From Geopsychrobacteraceae bacterium (GTDB lineage: Bacteria; Desulfobacterota; Desulfuromonadia; Desulfuromonadales; Geopsychrobacteraceae), in assembly GCA_963676795.2 (NCBI GenBank), contig CAXXTB010000002.1, forward strand, positions 416,001-480,000: a stretch of 64,000 bases of DNA, read 5' to 3'. The position numbers and the translations under genes were made by a program. Positions 18,760-27,832 of this stretch are shown piece by piece (positions within the stretch are counted from its first letter, which is position 1; every line of letters begins with the position of its first letter). Under the pieces are notes generated by a model, which made no database searches, was not told the origin of the DNA, and saw only the letters and a list, made by a program, of their open reading frames with translations.

Positions 18760-19019
18760 GCTTTGCCCCGTACGAAAAATTTAATTTCTATAGGTTACCA
18801 GTCTTTTGTTGAAAATTCATTCATTCTAATATTTATAGAAGGTTAAAGAATTAATGTTAAACCGCTTCCCGGAGTCTGATTTCAGGGGAGAAAAAATGTT
18901 ATAGTTGTTGAGTATCACCTGTACATAAGACAGATGATGTGGTCAATGTGCAGTTTAGCAGCATCCTCTCGATCCGGTGTCGCAACAGACAGACGAACTT
19001 CAACTGTGAGGAGGCTACA

Positions 19020-19217
19020 ATGAAACTGAAGTGGACCAGAGAAACAGGGAAAACCAGACGCTTTACCTGTCTGGGAGATTATCGAAAAACTGAAGTTTTG
19101 CAACAGAGGAAGCCGGAATATTTTTTTGTTAGTGATGTCTACTATTCCGGTCAGGTCCCATTGGGGATTGTCGATATCGAAGGACGCGAAAAAGCAAGAC
19201 AATCCCTGCTGCACTGA
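19020..19217 (+). CDS. Small hypothetical protein (65 aa)
   Basis: RBS gaggagg before ATG; stop codon immediately followed by a terminator. Confidence 0.55.
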   Translation: MKLKWTRETGKTRRFTCLGDYRKTEVLQQRKPEYFFVSDVYYSGQVPLGIVDIEGREKARQSLLH

Positions 19218-19220
19218 ACG

Positions 19221-19261
19221 AAAAAAGAGCCTCCCCGGCTATTGGGGAGGCTCTTTTTTTT
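19221..19261. terminator. Bidirectional rho-independent terminator
   Basis: aaaaaagagcctcccc-ggctatt-ggggaggctctttttttt. Confidence 0.9.
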
Positions 19262-19272
19262 GTCTGGACGTG

Positions 19273-19803
19273 CTAACGGGTCAGAACTACGTCGACGTGC
19301 AGTTCATCGGCAAGTTCCGATAACTCTTCTTCGAGTCGGTCAAAGGGGAGAGATTCCGGAACCTGAACATGAATTGTCATGCTGTAGATTGGAGCGCCAC
19401 TTTCGGGTGACGCACTGCAATTTGAATCGAGCTGGATGATGCTCAGGCTGCGATCGGCCAGAAACTGGCTGGTTTTGAAAACGATACCGGCCTGGTCCAG
19501 GCCGTCGATATTCAGGACGCAGGTCTTGTAGTTGTCGTTTGCTCTTTCCGGATTATCTGTCAGTGGCCGGACAAAAGCCGAGATCCCTTTTTCCACCTCG
19601 AGGCGGCGACAGTCCCTGACCAGGCGGTCCTGGATGTCCTCTGCGTTGCTGGAAAACAGCAGGCTGAGGGTAAACTCATCGGCCAGAATCGACATTGTCG
19701 TGTCGTCCAGATTGCAGTCGTTTTCGTAGAGCAGGCGGGTGACATCGGCGGCAATGCCGGGACGGTCTTTACCAAAAGCGGTCATGATGAAACGCTGAGT
19801 CAT
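19273..19803 (-). CDS. GcvR-like tandem ACT-domain protein
   Basis: GKDRPGI and GLDQAGIV ACT motifs. Confidence 0.85.
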   Translation of the reverse strand: MTQRFIMTAFGKDRPGIAADVTRLLYENDCNLDDTTMSILADEFTLSLLFSSNAEDIQDRLVRDCRRLEVEKGISAFVRPLTDNPERANDNYKTCVLNIDGLDQAGIVFKTSQFLADRSLSIIQLDSNCSASPESGAPIYSMTIHVQVPESLPFDRLEEELSELADELHVDVVLTR

Positions 19804-20030
19804 AGGTTTCTCCTTGGCTGTATTGGTTGAATTAAAGCATAGATAAAGGCCTTAATAAAGAAAGAACAATCGATCGTCTGACCCTGTGAGATTTTCCTGC
19901 AAAAGGCCCCAGTCAGAGCTGCGATCTGTCTGTGCTTCTGGAATGATGAACAGGCATGGTCTTGTTGTGGATTGAGCGTTGTTATATATTTTTGCTACAG
20001 ACTATATGGTTTTTCTATTGTGAGGGCGTT

Positions 20031-20942
20031 ATGACCTTGGATCAATTATTGATTCTGACCAGAATCGCCGATACTGGCAGTGTCCTGGCGGCCGCCGAAT
20101 CGATCAACAGAACCCAGCCGACGGTCAGCGTGGCATTAAAAAATCTTGAGGCCGAACTGGATCTCGACCTACTTGACCGCAGCTCCTACCGGGCGAAGCT
20201 GACGCCGGAAGGAGAGCTGTTGTGCAAAAAAGCCAGAACAATTATTGCCGAGGTCGAAGAGTTGAAGACCCTGGCTCATTACCTGTCTGTCGGCCATGAG
20301 GCGGAGCTGCACCTGGCGATTGAAGCGGCCTGCCCCATGTCGCTTGTGCTGCAGATTCTCAAGAGCAGTGAAGATAAGTATCCGCAGACGGAATTCAATT
20401 TGGAAATTGAGAATATCTGGGGAGCGCTTGATAAGTTACAGTCGGGAAAGGTCGATCTGGCGATCAGCCCCTGGTATCAGGATATTCCACGCTTAGAGTC
20501 GATCTCCTTGATCAGGACCAGGCTGATGGTTGTGGCGACTCCCGATTTCTTTCCGCAGGGGAAGGAGCTGAACGTCGATCTGGTGAAGAATTTCGTGCAG
20601 ATTGTCGTCAAGGATTCGGGGCTGAAGCAGCACGATCAAAGGGGCGGGGTTATCGAGGACGGGCGACATTGGCAGGTCAGTGACCATGTCACCAAGAAAT
20701 CGCTGATTGTGGCGGGAATGGGCTGGGGCCGCTTGCAGGAACATCTGATCGAACTGGAACTGAAAGAGGGGAGTCTTCTTCCGTTGCAGATTCAGAATTA
20801 TCCGTCGGTGTCAGAGATCGATATCCGGGCGGTCAGACGCTACGGTGAAATTGTCGGTCCCGTTGCAAATGCCCTGTGGCAGGACCTGGCGACCCTGAAT
20901 CAGAAACAGGTCCGATCAGCGCAGGCCGATGGTCGAGAATAG
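20031..20942 (+). CDS. LysR-family transcriptional regulator
   Basis: MTLDQL...GSVLAAAESINRTQPTVSVALKNLE HTH; GMGWGRL. Confidence 0.93.
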   Translation: MTLDQLLILTRIADTGSVLAAAESINRTQPTVSVALKNLEAELDLDLLDRSSYRAKLTPEGELLCKKARTIIAEVEELKTLAHYLSVGHEAELHLAIEAACPMSLVLQILKSSEDKYPQTEFNLEIENIWGALDKLQSGKVDLAISPWYQDIPRLESISLIRTRLMVVATPDFFPQGKELNVDLVKNFVQIVVKDSGLKQHDQRGGVIEDGRHWQVSDHVTKKSLIVAGMGWGRLQEHLIELELKEGSLLPLQIQNYPSVSEIDIRAVRRYGEIVGPVANALWQDLATLNQKQVRSAQADGRE

Positions 20943-21365
20943 TTTTCCCAGCGTCTTGTTCAGCGGGTGTGATCTGTCGAGTCCCTTGATGATGGCCGGC
21001 TTGCGCAGCCCCAGCCCTTTCAGCTCGTTCATGATGGTCGGGTTCGGGCTTTGTCTCAATCCTTGGCGGAAGGTGGTTATCGCTTTATCCCGCTGGCCCG
21101 CGATGAGCAGAATCCTCCCGAGCATCAGGTGATGGAGTGAATTTGCCGGTTGTTTTTGCAGTGCGTTGTGGCACAGTTTGAGGGCGGCCTGAACGCGTCC
21201 TTCCATCCTGGCCAGACAGTAGGCCTGGCAGCTCTGGATTTCCGGATCGTTGCTGTGGCCGGAGATCTGGCTGAAATAGATCAACGCGGTTTGGCATTCG
21301 CCGTTTTTCGCTGCGGTTTTGCCCTTGAGGGAAATCTCTTCGAGTTGATTCAGATTTGGTTTCAT
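20916..21365 (-). CDS. TPR-repeat protein
   Basis: Helical TPR pattern (AYCLA...LGRILL...AITTFRQGL); paralog at 52651-53076. Confidence 0.75.
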   Translation of the reverse strand: MKPNLNQLEEISLKGKTAAKNGECQTALIYFSQISGHSNDPEIQSCQAYCLARMEGRVQAALKLCHNALQKQPANSLHHLMLGRILLIAGQRDKAITTFRQGLRQSPNPTIMNELKGLGLRKPAIIKGLDRSHPLNKTLGKLFSTIGLR

Positions 21366-21474
21366 ATCGACCTCCGAGGCTGCCTGTAGAGAAATTTTAC
21401 CAAATTACTTGGTAGAATGTATGCGGGAGGGAAAAAACAGCCGTCAAAAACGGCGTTCGGTGCGGGAGGAATTT

Positions 21475-21909
21475 ATGGCTTCGATGAAAGATATTCTGCA
21501 ACTTAAAGGGCAGGAGGTGTTGACCATCAACAGGGGCGAGACGGTTTTTGCCGCTCTGCAACTGATGGCGGAAAAGAATGTCGGGGCCCTGATCGTCACC
21601 GGTGACGATGGGCGGGTCGCTGGTATCTTCACCGAACGTGATTACGCGCGCAAGGTGATTCTGAAGGGGATTTCTTCATTGAATACCCCGCTGGAAAAGA
21701 TCATGACCGAGTCGGTCTGTTTCGTCGATCCGGAACTTTCTGTCGACGAAGGGATGGCCCTGATGACGGAAAAACGCTGTCGCCACCTTCCGGTTCTTGA
21801 TCAGGGCGAGCTGGTCGGTCTGGTATCGATCGGCGATCTGGTCAAGGCGGCGATTGAAGACAAGGAATTTATTATTGACCAGCTGACCCGCTACATCCAG
21901 TCGGGCTGA
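21475..21909 (+). CDS. CBS-domain pair protein
   Basis: GIFTERDYARKV, RHLPV, GLVSIGDLVK. Confidence 0.92.
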   Translation: MASMKDILQLKGQEVLTINRGETVFAALQLMAEKNVGALIVTGDDGRVAGIFTERDYARKVILKGISSLNTPLEKIMTESVCFVDPELSVDEGMALMTEKRCRHLPVLDQGELVGLVSIGDLVKAAIEDKEFIIDQLTRYIQSG

Positions 21910-22432
21910 TAGGGCCGGGACAGATCCCGCTGAGCTGTCGCTCTATCTCTGCTGCAACCTCTTCTGCCGATTTTCCGTCGCATCCAACAGTGACTTCCGC
22001 CTCATTTTCGTAGAGTGGCGTGCGCTCCGCAAAAAGGTCGGCAAAGCTTTGTCCCTTGGCCATAACGAGCCCACGCTGTCCCATGTCAGCGATCCGTTTT
22101 TCGAGCTCTGCAAGCGATACCTGAAGATAGACGATATGTCCGTTCTCTCTGAGGTTCGCTATCCCTTTCGGGTAGTAAACCGCAGATCCGCCTGTGGCGA
22201 TAACGCTATATTCAAGTGTCAGACTGGTGATAACCTGCTCTTCGATATGGCGGAAATAGTCGAGTCCTTTACCGTCGATGACCTGTTGCAGGCGCATTCT
22301 TTCGCGCCCCTGAATCATCAGGTCGGTATCGAAGAACTGCAGGCCAGCTCTTTTGGCCAGGATGACCCCGACGGTACTTTTGCCGGCACCCGGCATTCCG
22401 ATCAGGACGATGTTGTTGCGCTCTGTTACCAT
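21872..22432 (-). CDS. aroK: Shikimate kinase
   Basis: GMPGAGKST, DTD, VIATGG, ERTPLY. Confidence 0.9.
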   Translation of the reverse strand: MVTERNNIVLIGMPGAGKSTVGVILAKRAGLQFFDTDLMIQGRERMRLQQVIDGKGLDYFRHIEEQVITSLTLEYSVIATGGSAVYYPKGIANLRENGHIVYLQVSLAELEKRIADMGQRGLVMAKGQSFADLFAERTPLYENEAEVTVGCDGKSAEEVAAEIERQLSGICPGPISPTGCSGSAGQ

Positions 22433-22455
22433 GATGTGACCTCCGCGGCCATTCT

Positions 22456-22627
22456 AGTTTTCATTCGGAAACGGCCCCTTTCCGCCGTGGCGGCGTCAAT
22501 CTGCGGGCTCGCTTGTGCGGCGTAAAGTCCTACGTCTTCTCGCAACCTCTTGATTTTCTAGTCACAACGGAAAATTGCTCGTTTCCAATCTGAAAACTTA
22601 CGCGTTGCCCTCCGTAGTTTCCGAATG
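22456..22627. repeat. REP/MITE-like intergenic element with inverted ends
   Basis: agttttcattcggaaacg (22456-22473) is inverted to cgtttccaatctgaaaact (22580-22598); its core cattcggaaac is also inverted to gtttccgaatg (22617-22627); central tgcggcgta...tacgtc hairpin. Confidence 0.6.
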
Positions 22628-22703
22628 GCAACAATTCTAGCATCGATTTAGCGGGCCGCCCATGTTATCTTGGCCAACAGAAAAAAAATCAGGAGAGATG
22701 CGA

Positions 22704-23300
22704 ATGAAAGTACTGGCGATTAACGGTAGCCCCCGCAAGGACGGCAATACCGCGCTGATGATCAGAAGAATTTTTGAGCGTCTGGAAGCCGAACAAATTG
22801 AAACCGAAATGGTTCAACTGGCCGGTCAGTCGCTGCGCGGATGTACCGCCTGTATGGTCTGCAGGCAGCGCAAGGATCAACGCTGTGTTATCGAGGGGGA
22901 TATCCTCAATCAGCTGATCGAAAAGATGGTCGCGGCCGATGCTATCATCCTCGGTTCACCGACCTATTTCACCGATGTAACGGCCGAAATGAAAGCCCTG
23001 ATCGACCGGGCCGGAGTTGTTGCCCGCGGTAACGGCAGCCTGTTCCGGCGCAAAGTCGGTGTGGCTGTGACGGCACTGCGTCGCGGTGGCGCCCTGCACA
23101 CCCTGGAAACGCTGCAGAATTTCTTTCTGATCAACGAGATGATCATCCCCGGTTCGACCTACTGGAATCTCGGTTTCGGTAAGGGGCCCGGCGATGTTGC
23201 CGAGGACGCCGAAGGAATGGGAACGCTCGATTGTCTGGCCGACAACCTGGTCTGGCTGCTGAAGAAAATCTGTGACAAAAGTGAAGGGGTAGGCAGGTGA
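22704..23300 (+). CDS. Iron-sulfur flavoprotein (Isf, flavodoxin-like)
   Basis: NGSPRKDGNT, CTACMVC...C cluster motif, GSPTYF. Confidence 0.88.
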   Translation: MKVLAINGSPRKDGNTALMIRRIFERLEAEQIETEMVQLAGQSLRGCTACMVCRQRKDQRCVIEGDILNQLIEKMVAADAIILGSPTYFTDVTAEMKALIDRAGVVARGNGSLFRRKVGVAVTALRRGGALHTLETLQNFFLINEMIIPGSTYWNLGFGKGPGDVAEDAEGMGTLDCLADNLVWLLKKICDKSEGVGR

Positions 23301-23548
23301 CGAAACCGAATTATGAGGCTGGGATGCCGATCGCGATCACTCTGGAGCCAGGTGTCTATTTCCGCTGCACCTGTGGCAAGTCGGAGAGCCTGCCGTTCTG
23401 TGACGGCCATCATCAGGAAGGGGGGCACAGGCCGATCCGTTTTGAGCTTAAAAAACGCGAACGGGTCTATCTGTGTAGCTGCGGAAAATCTCAGAATCAG
23501 CCGCATTGCGATGGTAGCTGCGGCGTTTCCCTGCCCGTCGATGAATAG
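23297..23548 (+). CDS. Tandem CDGSH iron-sulfur domain protein
   Basis: CTCGKSESLPFCDGHH and CSCGKSQNQPHCDGSC. Confidence 0.88.
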   Translation: MTKPNYEAGMPIAITLEPGVYFRCTCGKSESLPFCDGHHQEGGHRPIRFELKKRERVYLCSCGKSQNQPHCDGSCGVSLPVDE

Positions 23549-23591
23549 TTTTTGGGCGTAGCCAGTCGAATGCTTGTCAGGTTTTGAAGGT

Positions 23592-24443
23592 ATGTACAGG
23601 ATAGTCACCCACCCGGGGAATGCCCATAAAGATGACTTCATGGCGGTCAGCCTGCTGCTCGCCATGTTCGATCAGGCCGAGGTTTTGCGGCGGGAAGCGA
23701 CGGCCGAAGACCTGGCCGATGAGGGAACCTATCTCATCGATGTCGGCATGGAACATGATCCGGCCCGGCATAACTTCGATCATCATCAGGACAGGTCGTT
23801 GCCCTGTGCTTTTCACCTGCTCATGCAGTACCTCGGTTTTCATGAAAAGGCCCGGAAGGTTTTCGGCTGGTATACCCATCTGAGCCAGATGGACGTGCGT
23901 GGCCCCCATCATGTCGCTGAGTCTCTCGGCGTTGACATCGGGGTTTTGTTTGCGGCATCCTCGCCGATCGATGGCTTCATCCTTTCCCGCTTCTCTGCCG
24001 TCAGCGTACTGCGCCCCGGAGATGCTCTTTATCAGCTGATGCGTGAGTTTGGTCAGGACCTGCTGGCGATGATGGCGAAAAAAGCGCGCCGCCTGGAAGA
24101 GCTTGAAGCTCAGGCCGAAGTCGTTCCCCTCGGTGAATACAAGGCGGTGGTCAGCAGGATTGCGGAGGAACCAAAGCTGTCGATGGAACTCTATTTGAAC
24201 CAGCTGAATGATCCGGCCGTCGTGATGAGCATCTTCCCTTCTAACCGAGGCTCCGGCTGGGAGCTGCTGCGTCTGGGGAACAACAGCCGGGTCGATTTCC
24301 GCCTGGTGGCCCACCACGACCAGATCCGCTTTGTTCACGTCAACGGTTTTGTTGCCAAGACCCGGACCCTAATGCCCCTGGAAGAGGTCCTGCCGATAGC
24401 CGCTGCGGCGATCTGTGACGGAAGACTGAGCGTCTGTCCTTAG
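23592..24443 (+). CDS. MYG1/UPF0160-like metal-dependent hydrolase
   Basis: THPGNAHKDD, DVG, FDHHQ and late FVH.NGF motifs. Confidence 0.75.
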   Translation: MYRIVTHPGNAHKDDFMAVSLLLAMFDQAEVLRREATAEDLADEGTYLIDVGMEHDPARHNFDHHQDRSLPCAFHLLMQYLGFHEKARKVFGWYTHLSQMDVRGPHHVAESLGVDIGVLFAASSPIDGFILSRFSAVSVLRPGDALYQLMREFGQDLLAMMAKKARRLEELEAQAEVVPLGEYKAVVSRIAEEPKLSMELYLNQLNDPAVVMSIFPSNRGSGWELLRLGNNSRVDFRLVAHHDQIRFVHVNGFVAKTRTLMPLEEVLPIAAAAICDGRLSVCP

Positions 24444-24523
24444 CAGGCCGTTGAAAAATTATCTGTGTTGCAATTGTTATCTGTGTTGCAATTGCTGCCT
24501 CGAAAACGCTTTTCAACACCCTG
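24444..24523. repeat. Short MITE-like remnant containing an exact 18-bp tandem duplication
   Basis: Ends caggccgttgaaaa / ttttcaacaccctg; ttatctgtgttgcaattg twice (24459-24476, 24477-24494). Confidence 0.6.
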
Positions 24524-24536
24524 TCAGCCATTATGG

Positions 24537-25127
24537 CTAGGGCAGCTTTTCTCCCTCCTGGCCAAATTGCTCAAAGAACCAGTAGAACGCAAACATCAGC
24601 CCTGGTGTTTTGGCCAGGCTTTCGTCAAAGATAAAGTCCCTCGCCTGGTTCAACGGCAGGTATTCGAGCAGGATCTCTTCGGTCTGGATTCCTCCCCCTT
24701 CATGCACCTTGTGGCTGTCGTCTATCACTGAAAAATAGAGATGCTGGCGGTTGCCGCCGACACCGACGTTGGTGAAAAAAGAGCTGATCTTGTGGATCCT
24801 GTCGAGCGGAACATGATAGCCGCACTCCTCATCGATCTCTTCACGGGCAATATCTTCCAGTGATTTGTCCTTGTCGACAATGCCGGCGCACAGCTCGTAG
24901 GTGCAGCTGTGGCTCGGGTCGTTCATATAGACCGGTGGCCTGAACTGTTTGACCAGCAGAAAGGCCTGGCGCTGGCGGTGGAACAGCAGGACAGCGACGC
25001 TGTCGTGAGCCTGAACCGCTTCCCAGGAGCGTGCCTGGCCGTTCTGGGTGTAGCTGAGCCTGACCGGTTTGACGAACTGGTTTTCGGTCAGGGGGTGGAT
25101 CCTGAATTCGGAGATTCTGAATGACAT
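24537..25127 (-). CDS. NUDIX hydrolase (nucleoside-diphosphate-sugar pyrophosphatase type)
   Basis: HDSV, KQFRPPV, Nudix box GIVDKDKSLEDIAREEIDEECGY. Confidence 0.88.
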   Translation of the reverse strand: MSFRISEFRIHPLTENQFVKPVRLSYTQNGQARSWEAVQAHDSVAVLLFHRQRQAFLLVKQFRPPVYMNDPSHSCTYELCAGIVDKDKSLEDIAREEIDEECGYHVPLDRIHKISSFFTNVGVGGNRQHLYFSVIDDSHKVHEGGGIQTEEILLEYLPLNQARDFIFDESLAKTPGLMFAFYWFFEQFGQEGEKLP

Positions 25128-25370
25128 GCTGTCTGCCTCTTGTCTGAAGGATTGCGGCAAGTTTGTCTCTATTCTGTCGCGCTGTGTCAGCTGATGATTG
25201 TTAATACGATTCAGCCGAAAAGTCGATGGCTATCACGGCTTCAAGATAGCGAATTACGATCTCCGCTGGTTTTTTTGCACTTTTGGCAGATTCGATTATT
25301 ATTTAATCTGTTCCCCCATCTTATTTGCTGCTTGCCGGGTGATTGATTTTTTCTCCACAGGACGCGCGCG

Positions 25371-26987
25371 ATGTATCAGCACTATTTTGGATTCAAAGAA
25401 AGTCCGTTTTCCATTGCGCCGGATCCCTCCTTTATCTATCTGAGTGTCGAGCACGAGAACGCTCTACTCTTTCTGATGGCGGCGCTGAAACGAGAGACGG
25501 GCGGGCTCTTTCTGTTTACCGGAGAGGTCGGAGCTGGGAAAACGACGCTCTGTCGTCAGCTATTGAGGCAGCTGCCGGAGGGAACGGAAACGGCGATGAT
25601 CCTCAATCCGCGTGTCAGTGCTGATGAGCTGCTGGAGACGATCTGTGATGAACTGAGGCTGACTGTCGGGTCCGGGGACTCTGCTGCGCGGCGCTTCAGC
25701 CTGATCAAGGAGTACCTGTTTGAGTTGTCCCGACAGGGCCGGCAGCTGCTGTTGCTGATCGATGAAGCGCAGGGGCTTGCTGATGAAGTTTTCGAGCAGT
25801 TGCGTTTGCTGGCGACTCTGTCTGACAGGCTGCAGCTTCGGCTGGTTATCATTCTGCTCGGACAGCCCGAGCTTGCAGGTCGCTGTCGGCTGCTCCCTGC
25901 CTTCGATCAGCGGATTGCCGGCCGCTTTCATCTGCCGCCCCTCAAGCCGGAAGATATCTCCGTCTATGTCGCGCACCGGTTGCGGGTTGCCGGTTGTGAC
26001 CGCCTGATATTTACCCCCTGGGCACTTGAGCAGGTTTGCTCCCGATCCGGCGGTATCCCCAGGCTGGTCAATCTGATCTGCGATCGGGCCCTGTTGGCGG
26101 CATCGGCGCTTGACAGGAGGCAGGTCGATGCCGGGCTTGTCCGTCAGGCCGCAGATGAAGTTTTTGGTGGTGTCAGCTTGAGCGCGGGGAAGAGACGGTC
26201 TTTCAAACCGGCCTGGGTCGTACTTCCTGTTTTGCTGCTGCTTCTGGTGTGGGCGGGCTTTTCATTTCGTCTGGAGACGAATCGGTCTCTGGCTACGGAA
26301 AGTGCCGTCCCCCTGCCGCTTTTGGCCCCGCCCGCTCAGACTGATGAGGTGGTTGCGGAACCTGAGTGGCCACAAAGCTGGCCGGAGGGGTTTGCTTTCG
26401 CCACCACGGAAACCAAGGCTTATGCCGCTCTCTTCGCTCTGTGGGGGCAGGTCTATGATCCCCGAGCGCCAGACCCCTGCCGTTTTGCAAGGCAAAATCA
26501 TTTGGAATGTTATGCCAAAAAGGCTACTCTGTCAGGGTTGAGAAAACTCGACCGGCCGGCGATTCTGATCATGTACCGGGACAACGGTGAGCCTTTTTAC
26601 GTTGTGTTGGCAGGGCTTGATGAACGTCGGGCCAGACTGCTGTCGGGCGATGGTGAGCTGACGGTCGATGTCCGGGCTCTGGAGCCTCGCTGGTTTGGTG
26701 AGAGCCTTCTGGTCTGGAGCTCTCCACTGGTTTCCCGGGAGCTGCTTGTACCCGGTGGCTCCAATGTCAATATTATCTGGCTGGAAGACGCCATGATGCG
26801 ACTGGGCCTGTATGCCGGTACAGCCGATGTCGTGAGCCTTGACGGCCTGCTGCTGAGTGCTCTGAAACGTTTTCAGGTGGCCGCAGGGCTGGTGCCGGAC
26901 GGGATCCTGGGGCCGGAGACAATGATTCACCTCAATACGGCCGGGCAGGTTCCCGGTCCACGTTTGAGTTTTCTTGTGGGGGAATGA
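25371..26987 (+). CDS. gspA: ExeA/GspA ATPase with C-terminal peptidoglycan-binding domain
   Basis: MYQHYFGFKESPFSIAPDP, GEVGAGKT, IDEAQ, GIPRLVNLICD, FQ..GL.PDGILGPET. Confidence 0.9.
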   Translation: MYQHYFGFKESPFSIAPDPSFIYLSVEHENALLFLMAALKRETGGLFLFTGEVGAGKTTLCRQLLRQLPEGTETAMILNPRVSADELLETICDELRLTVGSGDSAARRFSLIKEYLFELSRQGRQLLLLIDEAQGLADEVFEQLRLLATLSDRLQLRLVIILLGQPELAGRCRLLPAFDQRIAGRFHLPPLKPEDISVYVAHRLRVAGCDRLIFTPWALEQVCSRSGGIPRLVNLICDRALLAASALDRRQVDAGLVRQAADEVFGGVSLSAGKRRSFKPAWVVLPVLLLLLVWAGFSFRLETNRSLATESAVPLPLLAPPAQTDEVVAEPEWPQSWPEGFAFATTETKAYAALFALWGQVYDPRAPDPCRFARQNHLECYAKKATLSGLRKLDRPAILIMYRDNGEPFYVVLAGLDERRARLLSGDGELTVDVRALEPRWFGESLLVWSSPLVSRELLVPGGSNVNIIWLEDAMMRLGLYAGTADVVSLDGLLLSALKRFQVAAGLVPDGILGPETMIHLNTAGQVPGPRLSFLVGE

Positions 26988-27664
26988 TGTCGTTTATTCT
27001 CGATGCTTTGAAAAAGTCTGAACAGGGTCGTCGTCTGCAGCAGAAAGAGGCGAGGAAGAGAAAGGTTTTTAACTTTTCCGCCAAGCGCAGTTCCAGGCAC
27101 AGGGGCAGTTCATGGGCCTGGATTGCGTTGCTGGTTATCGTTCTCTGTGTCCTGGCTGGACTCGGAATCGTCTTTTGGGGCGGTGAACCGCAGGCAGGGA
27201 GTGTTGACAGCCGGTCCGTCGAGGTCAGGAGCCGAATCGTCAAGGCGAGTCCCCCCGCTGTGGTCAATGAAGAGCAGACGCCTGCCTTCCCGGCTACAGC
27301 TGTTGCCCCAGCGGTTACCCTCCCCGGCGAGGTCGCGCCGGTCCCCCGGCCTGTCAGCCGTCAGCTTGCGGTTGAGAGCGAAACAAAAAAAACGGACTCC
27401 CTGCCCAGAGCCGATTCCGAACCTCTTCCTGTAGCGCCTAAAATCCATTCCTATACCGAACTGCTGAGGCTGCACCCCGGCCTTCAGGTTTCGATGCACT
27501 ATTACAGCAACGACGCGCAAAAGAGCATTCTGCGCCTCAATGGGGTCCTGCTGCATGAGCAGGAAAGTTCCGCCGATGGCCTGTTGATCAGCGAGATAAC
27601 CGCGGATGGCGCTCTGGTTCAATATGGTGGGCTGCTTTACGAATTGCGCCGTCCGGGAGGTTGA
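26984..27664 (+). CDS. gspB: General secretion pathway protein GspB
   Basis: MSFILDALKKSEQ N-terminus, one TM helix, HYYS..LNG C-terminal domain; coupled to gspA. Confidence 0.85.
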   Translation: MMSFILDALKKSEQGRRLQQKEARKRKVFNFSAKRSSRHRGSSWAWIALLVIVLCVLAGLGIVFWGGEPQAGSVDSRSVEVRSRIVKASPPAVVNEEQTPAFPATAVAPAVTLPGEVAPVPRPVSRQLAVESETKKTDSLPRADSEPLPVAPKIHSYTELLRLHPGLQVSMHYYSNDAQKSILRLNGVLLHEQESSADGLLISEITADGALVQYGGLLYELRRPGG

Positions 27665-27748
27665 GAAGCGGGGGAGGACAGGTCAGCCTGTTGAGCTGTT
27701 TTTCAGGTGTAAATGCAAGAAATTGCTTGTTTTGTTACAAGACTTTGC

Positions 27749-27777
27749 TTGATCTGTTAATGTTTAGTAACTATCAT
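27749..27777 (+). promoter_or_regulatory. Candidate sigma70 promoter of the gspC operon
   Basis: TTGATC-N17-TATCAT. Confidence 0.5.
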
Positions 27778-27832
27778 GAGGCTTTGCAGTGATATTTAAT
27801 GAATTTTGCCGAAAAGAGCAGTGTGGGCTTAA

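Noticed and set aside
18760..19019. Riboswitch (e.g. c-di-GMP/GEMM) in the pilT intergenic region and other long gaps
   Set aside because: No GGCAAAC...GAAA...GACGCAAAG-type core or other aptamer consensus recognised
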